Origin: Mobula hypostoma
Lineage: Eukaryota
Length of the DNA: 64,000 nt
Direction of reading: 5' to 3'
NCBI RefSeq assembly: GCF_963921235.1
Contig: NC_086097.1
Coordinates: forward strand, 177,012,001 to 177,076,000
The translations under genes and the position numbers were made by a program. The notes beneath the pieces were generated by a model. The model saw only the letters and a list, made by a program, of their open reading frames with translations. It was not told where the DNA came from and ran no database searches. Below, piece by piece: positions 12,043 through 23,588 of the stretch (position 1 is the first letter of the stretch; every line of letters begins with the position of its first letter).

Positions 12043-13262
12043 GTCAGATAAGCCACCTGGATCAGATGGTATACACACCAGGGTTCTGAAAGAGGTGGCT
12101 GAAGAGATTGTGGAGACATTAGTAATGGTCTTTCAAGAATCAATTGATCCTGGCATGGTTCTGGTTGAATAGAAATTTGCAAATGTCACTCCACTTGTCA
12201 AGAAGGAAGAGAGGCAGAAGGGAGGAGATTATAGGCCAGTTAGTCTGACTTCAGTGGTTGCGAAGATGTTGGAGACAATTGTTAAGGATGTGGTTTCAGG
12301 GTACTTGGAGGCACATGATAAAATAGGCCGAAGTCAACATGGTTTCCTTAAGGGAAAAACTTGCCTGACAAGTCTGTTGGAATTCTTTGAAAAAAACAAC
12401 TAGCAGGATAGACAAAGGAGAATCAGTGAATGTTGTGTACTTGGATTTTCAGAAGGCCTTTGACAAGGTGCCGCAAATGAAGCTGTTTAACAAGTTAAGA
12501 GCCCAGGAAAGATATGTATATGGTAGAGCATCTGCTGACTGGCAGGAGGCAAAGAGTAGGAATAAAGGAAGACTTTTCTGGTTGGCTGCTGGTGACTCGG
12601 GATGTTCCATAGGTGTCTGTTTTGGGAAAAGTACTTTATATGTTATATGTCAATGATTTGGATTGCATAATTGATGACTGTGGTCAATTTGCAAATGATA
12701 CAAAGATAGGTGGAGGGGCAAGCAGCTTTGAGGATCAGAGAGGCTACAGAAGGACTTAGACAGATTAGGAGAATGAGCATAGAAGTAGCAGATGGAATAT
12801 AATGTTAGGAAGTGTATGGGACTGCACTTTGGTAGAAAAAAATAAAGGAGTAGGCTATTTTATAAATGGAGAGAAAATTCAAAAATCCAAGGTGCAAATC
12901 GACTGGGGGTCCTTGTGAAGGATTCTCTAAAGCTCAATTTGCAGGTTGAGTCATTGGTGAGGCAGGCAAATGCGATGTTAGCATTCATTTTGAGAGGTCT
13001 AGAATATAAAAGCAAAGATGCAATGTTAAGGCTTTATAAAGCGCGAGTGAGGACTCACTTGGAGTGTTGTGAGCAGTTTTGGGCCCTTCATCTAAGAAAG
13101 GATATGTTAAAATTGGAGAAGCTTCAAAGGAGGTTAATGAAAGTGATTGTGGGTTTGAACAGCTTGTAATATGAGGAGTGTTTGTTGACTCTGGGCCTCT
13201 ATGCACTGGAATTCAGAAAAATGAGGGTGACTCTAATTGAAACCTATTGAATATTGAAAGGC

Positions 13263-13963
13263 CTAGGAGTCCTTGTGCAAGATTCCCAGAAGGTTAATTT
13301 ACAGGTTAAATCTGTGGTAAAGAAGGCAAATGCAATATTGGCATTTATTTCAAGGGGAATAGAATACAAAAGCAAGGAGATAATGCTGAGCTTTTATAAG
13401 ACACTAGTCAGGCAACACCTAGCATATTGTCAACAATTTTGGGACCCATATCTCAGAAAGGATATGTTGTCATTAGAGAGAGTCCAGAGGATGATTCTGG
13501 GAATGAAGGGGTTAACATAGGAGGAGAGTTTTGCACCTTTGGGCCCGTACTCACTGGAATTTAGAAGAATGCAGAGGAATCTCATTGAAACCTACCGAAT
13601 GTTGAAAGGACTAGATAGAGTGGATGTGGAGAAGATGTTTCCTTTGGTGGGGGGTATCCAGAACTAGAGGGCACAGCCTCAAAATTGAGGGGCAATACTT
13701 TAGAATGAGGTAAGGAGAAATTTTTATAGCCGGAGAGTAGTAAATCTGTGGAATGCACTGCTACAGACTGTGATGGAGCCCAGGTCCGTGCGTGTATTTA
13801 AGGCGGATGTTGATGGTTTCCTGATTGGTCAGAGCATCAAAGGATATGGTGAGAAGGCAGGTGCACGGGGTTGAGAGGGATCCAGGATCAGCCATGATGG
13901 AATGGCGGAGCAGACTCGATGGGCTGAATGGCCTAATTCTGCTCCTATGTCTTATAGTCTTAT
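13263..13963 (+). mobile_element. CR1 3' fragment nested in the older CR1
   Basis: Second copy of the KKANAILAFISRGIEYKS region, ending in gtcttatagtcttat; short repeat GGCCT at both junctions. Confidence 0.7.
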
Positions 13964-15255
13964 GGCCTCGATGTTTCTTGTGGTGGGGGAATCAATCCAG
14001 AGGACACAGCCTCAGAATAGAGGGGCACATTTTAGAATAGAGATGAGGAGGAATTTGTTTGTTTAGCCAGAGAGTGGTGAATCTGTGGAATTTGTTGCCA
14101 CACTCCCAATCAACCCTACTTCATCATCTTCTGTCAGTCACCTTGTGTACAGACTTTCCTGTGCCTAGTGTCACTTTATGGACAGATTATTAATCTATGT
14201 ATATACATTATTTTAAGTATTTCTAATTATTGTGTCTTTATGTTATTGTGAGTTTATTTCTGCTTCATTAGATCTGGTTTAAAAATCATTTTGTCTCCTT
14301 TACACTTGTGTACTGGAAATGACATTAAACAACTTTGAATCTTTAGGAAGGGTGTGAAGGTCCAGGATAGGGTGGGGACCAGATTGGTTCTGGGGATAAA
14401 GGGTTCAATCTCAAGGTTAAAAGATATTGGTTTTGATCTTAGTTTATGATTGTCACCTGCACCAAGACTCAATGTAAAGCTTTGTTTGTGTGTCATCCAG
14501 CCAGATCTTTCCAACTTTGAGATGGTAAAAAGAAAACAGAATGCGCAATATGTATAGCAGCTACAGAGAAAGTACTGTATAGTACAGCGAGACAAACAAG
14601 GCTATGATGAGGTAGATTGTGAGATCAAGAGTGAAAAAGTCCACTTTTTAGCCTTCAAGTGTCTGATAACAGTGGGATAAAAGCTGTTCTTGAGTCAAGA
14701 GGTACCTGTTTTCAGGCTTTTGCATCCCTTACCCAATGGGGGTGGGGGCAGAAGAGAGAATATGTGAGGTGGGTGTTTTCAATGTGTTGACTGCATTCCC
14801 ATGGCAACAAGAAGTGTAGATGAAGTCAGCAGAAGGTAGACTGGTTTATGAGATGGACAGGGCTGTGTTCACTATAAGTTACCTGTATGAGGAAATGGAA
14901 GGGTGGGTTATTAAGTTTACAGAGGACATGAAGGTTGGTGGTGTTGTAGATAGTGTCGAAGGTTGTTGTGTTTACAATGGGACATTGATGGGATGCAAAG
15001 CTGGGATGAGAAGTGGCAGGTAGAATTCAGTCCCGAAAAATGTGAAGTGATCACTTCGAAAGGCCAAACTTGATGGCAGAGTACTAAGTGAATAGTAGGA
15101 TTCTTAGCAGTGTGGAAGAACCAAGGGATCTGGGGTCCAAGTTCATAGATCCCTTAGAATTGAAGCATAATTGACAGGGTGGTTAAGAAGGCATATGGTG
15201 TATTGGCCTTCATTTGTCAAGGGATTGAGTTCAAAAGCCACAAGGTAATGTTACA

Positions 15256-15486
15256 AAAACAACAGGAATTCTGCAGATGCTGGAAATTCAAGCAACACAC
15301 ATCAAAGTTGCTGGTGAACGCAGCAGGCCAGGCAGCATCTCTAGGAAAAGGTGCAGTCGACGTTTCAGGCCGAGACCAGGAGTTAATCCTGATGAAGGGT
15401 CTCGGCCTGAAACGTCGACTGCACCTCTTCCTAGAGATGCTGCCTGGCCTGCTGCGTTCACCAGCAACTTTTATGTGTGTTGCTTG
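15256..15486. mobile_element. Palindromic Penelope-derived element with hammerhead motif
   Basis: 90-bp inverted arms (15288-15377 / 15398-15487, 2 mismatches); 13-bp TSD AGGTAATGTTACA (15243-15255, 15487-15499); CTGATGA at 15389-15395 followed by AGGGTCTCGGCCTGAAACGTCGACT. Confidence 0.85.
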
Positions 15487-15526
15487 AGGTAATGTTACAG
15501 CTTTATAAAGCCCTGGTTAGACCACA

Positions 15527-15562
15527 CTATGTTCTATGTTCTATGTTCTATGTTCTATGTTC
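15527..15562 (+). repeat. (CTATGTT)5 microsatellite identical to a CR1 3' tail unit
   Basis: Direct read; same unit terminates CR1 copies near 19040-19055 and 54893-54912. Confidence 0.85.
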
Positions 15563-15727
15563 TGTTCTGATATCCTCATTATAGGAAGGATGTGGAAGCT
15601 TTAGAGAGGGTGCAGAGGAGATTTACCAAGATGCTGCTTGGAAGAGAGCAAGTCTTATGAGAAAATGTTGAGAGAGCTAGGTTTTCTCTTCTCTTCAGAG
15701 CAAATAAAAGAAGAGAGGCAACTTTAT

Positions 15728-18583
15728 CCGACAAATCCAGGGCAAGCATTAAAAAGGGCTAAGAGAGTTGTAAAAGAGCGCCTGAAGGCTTTATGTGTCA
15801 ATGCAAGGAGCATTCGTAATAAGGTGGATGAATTGAAAGTGCAGATTGTTATTAATGATTATGATATAGTTGGGATCACAGAGACATGGCTCCAGGGTGA
15901 CCAGGGATGGGAGCTCAACGTTCAGGGATATTCAATATTCAGGAGGGATAGACATGAAGGAAGGGGAGGTGGGGTGGCGTTGCTGGTTAAAAAAGAGATT
16001 AACGCAATAGAAAGGAAGGATATAAGCCGGGAAGATGTGGAATCGATATGGGTAGAGCTGCGTAACACTAAGGGGCAGAAGACGCTGGTGGGAGTTGTGT
16101 ACAGGCCACCTAACAGTAGTAGTGAGGTCGGAGATGGTATTAAACAGGAAATTAGAAATGTGTGCAATAAAGGAACAGCAGTTATAATGGGTGACTTCAA
16201 TCTACATGTAGACTGGGTGAACCAAATTGGTAAAGGTGCTGAGGAAGAGGATTTCTTGGAATGTATGCGGGATGGTTTTTTGAACCAACATGTCGAGGAA
16301 CCGACTAGAGAGCAGGCTATTCTGGACTGGGTTTTGAGCAATGAGGAAGGGTTAATTAGCGATCTTGTCGTGAGAGGCCCCTTGGGTAAGAGTGACCATA
16401 ATATGGTGGAATTCTTCATTAACATGGAGAGTGACGTAGTTAATTCAGAAACAAAGGTTCTGAACTTAAAGAGGGGTAACTTTGAAGGTATGAGTCGTGA
16501 ATTAGCTAAGATAGACTGGCAAATGACACTTAAAGGATTGACGGTGGATATGCAATGGCAGGCATTTAAAGGTTGCATGGATGAACTACAACAATTGTTC
16601 ATCCCAGTTTGGCAAAAGAATAAATCAAGGAAGGTAGTGCACCCGTGGCTGACAAGAGAAATTAGGGATAGTATCAATTCCAAAGAAGTAGCATACAAAT
16701 TAGCCAGAGAAAGTGGCTCACCTGAGGACAGGGAGAAATTCAGAGTTCAGCAGAGGAGGACAAAGGGCTTAATTAGGAAGGGGAAAAAAGATTATGAGAG
16801 AAAACTGGCAGAGAACATAAAAACGGACTGTAAAAGCTTTTATAGATATGTAAAAAGGAAAAGACTGATAAAGACAAATGTAGGTCCCCTGCAAACAGAA
16901 ACAGGTGAATTGATTATGGGGAGCAAGGACATGGCAGACCAATTGAATAATTACTTTGGTTCTGTCTTCACTAAGGAGGACATAAATAATCTTCCAGAAA
17001 TAGTAAGGGACAGAGGGTCCAGTGAGATGGAGGAACTGAGCGAAATACATGTTAGTAGGGAAGTGGTGTTAGGTAAATTGAAGGGATTGAAGGCAGATAA
17101 ATCCCCAGGGCCAGATGGTCTGCATCCCAGAGTGCTTAAGGAAGTAGCCCAAGAAATAGTGGATGCATTAGTGATAATTTTTCAAAACTCGTTAGATTCT
17201 GGACTAGTTCCTGAGGATTGGAGGGTGGCTAATGTAACCCCACTTTTTAAAAAAGGAGGGAGAGAGAAACCGGGGAATTATAGGCCGGTTAGCCTAACGT
17301 CGGTGGTGGGGAAACTGCTGGAGTCAGTTATCAAGGATGTGATAACAGCACATTTGGAAAGCGGTGAAATGATTGGACAAAGTCAGCATGGATTTGTGAA
17401 AGGAAAATCGTGTCTGACGAATCTCATAGAATTTTTTGAGGATGTAACTAGTAGAGTGGATAGGGGAGAACCAGTGGATGTGGTATATTTGGATTTTCAA
17501 AAGGCTTTTGACAAGGTCCCACACAGGAGATTAGTGTGCAAACTTAAAGCACACGGTATTGGGGGTAAGGTATTGGTGTGGGTGGAGAATTGGTTAGCAG
17601 ACAGGAAGCAAAGAGTGGGAATAAACGGGACCTTTTCAGAATGGCAGGCGGTGACTAGTGGGGTACCGCAAGGCTCAGTGCTGGGACCCCAGTTGTTTAC
17701 AATATATATTAATGACTTGGATGAGGGAATTAAATGCAGCATCTCCAAGTTTGCAGATGACACGAAGCTGGGTGGCAGTGTTAGCAGTGAGGAGGATGCT
17801 AAGAGGATGCAGGGTGACTTGGATAGGTTGGGTGAGTGGGCAAACTCATGGCAGATGCAATTTAATGTGGATAAATGTGAAGTTATCCACTTTGGTGGCA
17901 AAAATAGGAAAACAGATTATTATCTGAATGGTGGCCGATTAGGAAAAGGGGAGGTGCAACGAGACCTGGGTGTCATTATACACCAGTCATTGAAAGTGGG
18001 CATGCAGGTACAGCAGGCGGTGAAAAAGGCGAACGGTATGCTGGCATTTATAGCGAGAGGATTCGAGTACAGGAGCAGGGAGGTACTACTGCAGTTGTAC
18101 AAGGCCTTGGTGAGACCACACCTGGAGTATTGTGTGCAGTTTTGGTCCCCTAATCTGAGGAAAGACATCTTTGCCATAGAGGGAGTACAAAGAAGGTTCA
18201 CCAGATTGATTCCTGGGATGGCAGGTCTTTCATATGAAGAAAGACTGGATGAACTGGGCTTGTACTCGTTGGAATTTAGAAGATTGAGGGGGGATCTGAT
18301 TGAAACGTATAAGATCCTAAAGGGATTGGACAGGCTAGATGCGGGAAGATTGTTCCCGATGTTGGGGAGGTCCAGAACGAGGGGTCACAGTTTGAGGATA
18401 GAGGGGAAGCCTTTTAGGACCGAGATTAGGAAAAACTTCTTCACACAGAGAGTGGTGAATCTGTGGAATTCTCTGCCACAGCAAACTGTTGAGGCCAGTT
18501 CATTAGCTATGTTTAAAAGGAAGTTAGATATGGCCCTTGTGGCTACAGGGGTCAGGGGGTATGGAGGGAAGGCTGGGTTCTGA
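15728..18583 (+). CDS. CR1 ORF2: APE endonuclease + reverse transcriptase, uninterrupted; native start not retained or not evident
   Basis: Endonuclease motifs NARS, ITETW, VYRPP, GDFN, LDWVL, SDH; RT motifs KSPGPDG, YRPVSL, LDFQKAFD, GVPQGSVLGP, FADD; no stop in ~950 codons. Confidence 0.9.
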   Translation, partial: PTNPGQALKRAKRVVKERLKALCVNARSIRNKVDELKVQIVINDYDIVGITETWLQGDQGWELNVQGYSIFRRDRHEGRGGGVALLVKKEINAIERKDISREDVESIWVELRNTKGQKTLVGVVYRPPNSSSEVGDGIKQEIRNVCNKGTAVIMGDFNLHVDWVNQIGKGAEEEDFLECMRDGFLNQHVEEPTREQAILDWVLSNEEGLISDLVVRGPLGKSDHNMVEFFINMESDVVNSETKVLNLKRGNFEGMSRELAKIDWQMTLKGLTVDMQWQAFKGCMDELQQLFIPVWQKNKSRKVVHPWLTREIRDSINSKEVAYKLARESGSPEDREKFRVQQRRTKGLIRKGKKDYERKLAENIKTDCKSFYRYVKRKRLIKTNVGPLQTETGELIMGSKDMADQLNNYFGSVFTKEDINNLPEIVRDRGSSEMEELSEIHVSREVVLGKLKGLKADKSPGPDGLHPRVLKEVAQEIVDALVIIFQNSLDSGLVPEDWRVANVTPLFKKGGREKPGNYRPVSLTSVVGKLLESVIKDVITAHLESGEMIGQSQHGFVKGKSCLTNLIEFFEDVTSRVDRGEPVDVVYLDFQKAFDKVPHRRLVCKLKAHGIGGKVLVWVENWLADRKQRVGINGTFSEWQAVTSGVPQGSVLGPQLFTIYINDLDEGIKCSISKFADDTKLGGSVSSEEDAKRMQGDLDRLGEWANSWQMQFNVDKCEVIHFGGKNRKTDYYLNGGRLGKGEVQRDLGVIIHQSLKVGMQVQQAVKKANGMLAFIARGFEYRSREVLLQLYKALVRPHLEYCVQFWSPNLRKDIFAIEGVQRRFTRLIPGMAGLSYEERLDELGLYSLEFRRLRGDLIETYKILKGLDRLDAGRLFPMLGRSRTRGHSLRIEGKPFRTEIRKNFFTQRVVNLWNSLPQQTVEASSLAMFKRKLDMALVATGVRGYGGKAGF

Positions 18584-18685
18584 GTTGGATGATCAGCCAT
18601 GATCATAATAAATGGCGGTGCAGGCTCGAAGGGCCGAATGGCCTACTCCTGCACCTATTTTCTATGTTTCTATGTTTCTATGTTT
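15728..18685 (+). mobile_element. Young 5'-truncated CR1 LINE
   Basis: Open ORF2, short 3' UTR, (CTATGTTT)3 tail; TTTAT at both junctions (15723-15727, 18683-18687); no ORF1. Confidence 0.95.
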
Positions 18686-19911
18686 ATAGAGGTGCATAAG
18701 ATTATGACAGGCATTGACAGAGTAGACAGCTAACAACTACTTCCCAGGGCAGGAATGGCTAATATGAGAAGGCATACTTTTAAGGTGATTGGAGGAAAGT
18801 TAAGGAGTGACATCAGAGGTAGTTTTTTTTATATATAGAAAGAATGATAAGTGCCTGGAACACACTCCCAGCGGTAATGGTAGTGGCAGACACGTAAGGG
18901 TCATTTGAGAGACTCTTAGATAGGCACATAGATGAAAAAAATAGAGTGCAATTGGCTGTGAGTGAAAGATGTTTTAGATTGATTGTGGAGTAGGTTAAAA
19001 TGTCAGCACAACATCATAGGCCTGTACTGTGCTGTACTGTTCTATGTTCTATGTTAACACAAGTTCTCTTGAAAACAACACTCATGAATGCCCTTCAATA
19101 TTTCCCCCAGTTGACCCTGTTTGTTTGGCAACTCCTTATAAGGATTTGCTGACCCTTCAAGTATTTTACGATGATGCCTGTCAAGAAATATTCACAGGGG
19201 CTTTCTTCAGTTCTGAAGCTTAATGATGCTGGAGTGAATACTTCAGCTATCAATTCATTCCATGAATGTTTCCTGTACATTTTCCCATGTACGTGAGACT
19301 TTAAATTGTGTTGACCTCAGCAGTAGCTGATATAGGATGAATCTTACTTTCAGTAGAAATTAGCTTTGCAAAACAAAGAAGTCTTTGTCCATCGCTGTCT
19401 CTCCAGAATGTCTATACACATCCATATGAACAACACCACAGTTGTTACTGAATCCCTCTGATATTCAGGGCTCTTGTTACACAAACAACATCCATGAATG
19501 TGGAAAAGGAAAAAAAAATTGTAATATTTTGTAAGGGTGGGAGGAAGAATTTTGTGGCACAGAGGCATAGAGTCATAGAAAAGTATAGCATAGAAACAGG
19601 CCCTTCAGCCCATTGAGTCTGTGTGGAAACATATAAATTGCCCACTCCCATTGGCCTGCACTGGGACCATAGCCATCCATATCCCTATCATCCATGTGCC
19701 GATCCAAGCTTCTCTGAAAAGTTGAAATCAAGCTTGCATGCACCACTTGCACTGGGAACTCATTCCACACTCTCACGACCCTCTGAATGATGAAGTTTTC
19801 CCTCATGCTCCCCTTAAACTTTTCACCTTTCACCTCATGACCTCTAGTTGTAGTCCACCCAACCTCAATGGAAAAGCCTGCTTGCATTTGGCCTATTTAT
19901 GCCCCCCATAT

Positions 19912-20904
19912 TAACCATATAACCATATAACAATTACAGCATGGAAACAGGAGATCTCGGCCCTTCTAGTCCGTGCCAAACGCTTACTCTCACCTAGTCC
20001 CACCGACCTGCATTCAGCCCATAACCCTCCATTCCTTTCCTGTCCATATAGCTATCCAATATAACTTTAAGTGACAATATCGAACCTGCCTCAACCCTCA
20101 ACCACTTCTGCTGGAAGCTCGTTCCACACAGCTACCACTCTCTGAGTAAAGAAGTTCCCCCTCATGTTACCCCTAAACTTTTGCCCTTTAACTCTCAACT
20201 CATGTCCTCTTGTTTGAATCTCCCCTACTCTCAATGGAAAAAGCCTATCCATGTCAACTCTATCTATCTCCCTCATAATTTTAAATACCTCTATCAAGTC
20301 CCCCTTCAACCTTCTACGCTCCAAAGAATAAAGACCCAATTTGTTCAGCCTTTCTCTGTAACTTAGGTGATGAAACCCAGGTAACGTTCTAGTAAATCTT
20401 CTCTGTACTCTCTCTATTTTGTTAACATCTTCCCTATAATTCGGTGACCAGAACTGTACACAATACTCCAAATTTGGCCTTACCAATGCCTTGTACAATT
20501 TTAATATTACATACTCAATGCTCTGATTTATAAAGGCCAGCATACCAAAAGCTTTCTTCACCACCCTTTCCACATGAGATTCCACCTTCAGGGAACTATG
20601 CACCATTATTCCTAGATCCCTCTGTTCTACTACATTCTTCAATGCCTTACCATTTACCATGTATGTCCTATTTTGATTAGTCCTACCAAAATGTAGCACC
20701 TCACATTTATCAGCATTAAACTCCATCTGCCATCTTTCAGCCCACTCTTCTAACTGGCCTAAATCTCTCTGCAAGCTTTGAAAACCCACTTCATTATCCA
20801 CAACGCCACCTATCTTAGTATCATCTGCATTCTTACTAATCCAATTTACCACCCCATCATCCAGATCGTTAATGTATATGACAAACAATATTGGACCCAG
20901 TACA
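19912..20904 (-). mobile_element. Younger CR1 3' fragment nested in the older CR1
   Basis: Starts at SVLGPILFVIYINDLD; tail (GTTATATG)n reads aaccatataaccatataac on +; produces the chimeric 434-aa ORF. Confidence 0.8.
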
Positions 20905-22367
20905 GATACCTCTATCAAATCTCCCCTCAATCTTCCACATTGCAAGGAATAAAGTCTTAACCTATTCAATCTTTCCTGATAACTCAGGTCCTCCAGATCC
21001 AGCAACATCCTTGTAAATTTTCTCTGTACTCTTTCAACCTTATTTACATCTTTCCTGTAGGTAGGTGACCAAAACTGCATACAATGCTCCAAATTAGGCC
21101 TCACCAATGTCTTATACAACTTCAACATAACATTCCATCTCCTGTACTCAATACATTGATTTATGAAGGCCAATGTGTCAAAAGCTACTTTTGTCTGTGA
21201 TACCACTTTCAATGAATTACGGACCTGTATTTCTAGATCCCTTTGTTCTACAGCACTTCTCAATGCCCTACTGTTCACTATGTAAGACCTACCCTGATTG
21301 GTCCTACTGAAGTACAACACCTTACACTTCTCTGCATTAAATTCCATCTGCCATCTTTCATCCATTTCTCCAGCTGATCCAGATCCCTGCCGCAAGCTCT
21401 GCTAGTCTTCCTCACTGTCCACTATACCCCTAATCTTGGTGTCATCTGCAAATTCGCTGATCTAGTTAACCATATTGTAATCCAGGTCGTTGATACAGAT
21501 CACAAACAACAGACCAGAACCATTCCCTGTGGTACTCCACTAGTCACAGGCCTACAGTCAGAGAGGCAACCCATCTGTTACCATTGTCTGGTTTCTTCCA
21601 CAAAGCCAATGTCTAATCCAATTTTACTACCACCTCTTGAATGCCAAACTATTGAACCTTCTTAACCAAGCTGTCATGCGCGATCTTGTCAAATGTCTTG
21701 CTAAAGTCCATGTAGACAACATCTATTGCCTTGCCTTCATCAAATTTCCTGGTAACTTCTTTGAAATACTCTGTAAGATTGGTTAGACACAACCTACCAT
21801 GCATGATACCATGCTATCCCTAATCAGTCCATGTCTATACAAATACTCATATATCCACTTCCTCAGAATATATGCGGAACAACATTCGCTATCTTCCAAA
21901 CCTCTAGTACCACACCTGTAGCTAAGAATGATTTAAATCTCTCTGCTAGGGCCTCTGAAATTTCTGTATTTGCCTCCCACAGGGACCGAGGGAACGTCTT
22001 GTCAGGCCCTGGGGATTTATCCACCCTAATTTGCTTCAAGACAACAAACACCTCCTGCATAGGGTCCATGAAGCCAGTGTTTTCTTCCCTCACTTCTATA
22101 GACTCTGTGTGCATGTCCTGAGTAATTCTGGATGCAAAAATGTTCATTTAAGATCTCCACTATCTCTTATGGCTCCACACATGGATTACTATTCTGATCT
22201 TCCAATCTTGCATTGAAATAAACACAGCTTAGGACGTTAGTTGTACCATGTTCAACTTTTTGATTCCTGACTTTGTCTAAGATCTTAACAACATCTGTCT
22301 CCACAACTTCTCCGCTGTTTGTTCTGGCAGTCTGGTTCCCATCCCCCTGTAACTGTAGTTTAACCCC

Positions 22368-22370
<3 letters not shown>

Positions 22371-22398
<28 letters not shown>
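22371..22398. repeat. (CA)n microsatellite
   Basis: Direct read, about 14 units. Confidence 0.95.
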
Positions 22399-22400
<2 letters not shown>

Positions 22401-23364
22401 GAGCAGCACTGGGATATTAGTCATCCTCCAGTTCTGGTGCAAACCATCTCTTCAGTACAGGTACCTCCTTCCCTGGAAGAGACCCCAAGCATCCAAAATT
22501 TGGCACCCTAAATCCAGTTCCTAAATCCCTAGTTTGCTCACTTACTCCTGGAAAGTGCCTGCATATCCCTTTATTCCCTGCAAATTTATGTGACTATCTA
22601 AATGCTTCTTGAGCCCTGCTGTTGTATCTGATTCCACCACCATCCTTGGTAGCCCATTCCAGGCAATCACCATTCTCTGTGTAAAGTAACCTGCCCCACA
22701 TACTTATTCTTCCATATATCCTTTAAACCTTCCCACTCTTACCTTAAATGCATGCCCTCTAGTATTTGACATTTCTAACCTGGGAAATAGACACTGCCTG
22801 TCTACACTATCTATGCTTCTCATCATTTTAAAGGCACTACTGTAATGAGGCAAACACAACAGCACAGCAAGATTGCACAAATAGCAATAACATTGTGGCC
22901 TATTTTTAGAGTTAGTAGTTGATGGATAAGTTCAGATCTCAGAATAACTCAACTCCCCTAAACTTTGTCAAAGATGGCTTGTGGATCTTTAAACCCACCT
23001 GAGAGGAGGCAGACAAACCAAAGTCAACGTCAAGATTAAGTTTGAGTTAATTATTTTATGCGTGTACATTATGCACAGGTACAATGAATAACTTACTTAC
23101 AGCAGCATCAGATCAGCAGCATTCAGAAGAAAAAACATATGTTAGACACAATCTTTACAAGGAAGAGTAGAATTAAGACAAAAAAAAGTCCAGTGCAACG
23201 TGATCAAGGTGGTCATAGCGTTACATAGAAAATCAAAATGACATTGAACAGTACAGCCAAATACAGGCCCTTCAACCCACATGTTAACATTCTCCAAGGT
23301 CAATCTAACTTTACCCTCCCACACAGCTCCAGACTTTTCTTCCATCCATGTGCCTGACTTGTCA

Positions 23365-23475
23365 TCTTTTTTTTCCAGTCCTGCTGAAGGGTCTCGGCCT
23401 GAAACATCGACTGTTGACTCTGTTCCATAGATTCTGCCTGGCCTGCTGAGATCCTCCAGCATTTTGTGTGTGTTG
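23365..23475 (+). mobile_element. Penelope-derived hammerhead-family fragment (core mutated)
   Basis: cagtc-CTGCTGA-agggtctcggcct-GAAACATC-gactg followed by the shared downstream sequence ending tgtgtgtgttgc. Confidence 0.7.
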
Positions 23476-23588
23476 CCTATCTAAGAGTTTTTTAAATGTC
23501 CCTAATGTACCTGCCTTTACCAGCAGCCCTGGTAGTGTGCTCCATGCACTTACCACTCTGTGTAAAAAACCTACCTCTGACATCCCCA

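Larger units (their letters stand above)
10110..14100 (+). mobile_element. Old CR1 LINE, near-complete decayed ORF2 with nested insertions
   Basis: Fragments LKVLYLNA, SDHNMIE, YLDFQKAFDKVP, LEYKSKDAMLRLYKA in collinear order with many stops and frameshifts. Confidence 0.85.
14870..19055 (+). mobile_element. Old CR1 3' portion acting as host for three insertions
   Basis: KFTEDMKVGGVVDS...VKKAYGVLAFI...EFKSHKVMLQ, then LYKALVRPH and IEVHK after the inserts; tail ttctatgttctatgtt near 19040-19055. Confidence 0.8.
19570..22520 (-). mobile_element. Old CR1 LINE with internal deletion of most of the endonuclease region
   Basis: LSCVYFNAR near 22210 joins almost directly to the pre-RT region (DKSPGPD near 22010); 3' end GEKFKGSMRENF; tail ctatgact. 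Confidence 0.7.

Noticed and set aside
11634..12182. 182-aa minus-strand ORF
   Set aside because: Runs from antisense CR1 sequence into a Rex1-like fragment; junction artefact.
15638..15727. N-terminal 30 aa of the 981-aa ORF as part of a novel fusion protein
   Set aside because: These codons come from the older host CR1, start at TTG, and are in frame with the young insert by chance; no evidence of expression.
15922..18606. Several antisense ORFs over the young CR1 (also over 51986-54250)
   Set aside because: Shadow ORFs of the CR1 ORF2 codon pattern.
19349..19500. Minus-strand exon candidate ending at a GTAAGA donor
   Set aside because: No clear acceptor and no recognisable peptide in any frame.
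20091..21395. 434-aa ORF with a duplicated RT C-terminal region
   Set aside because: Chimera of a younger CR1 fragment inserted in the same orientation into an older CR1 (junction LIEV/SVLGP); not a gene.
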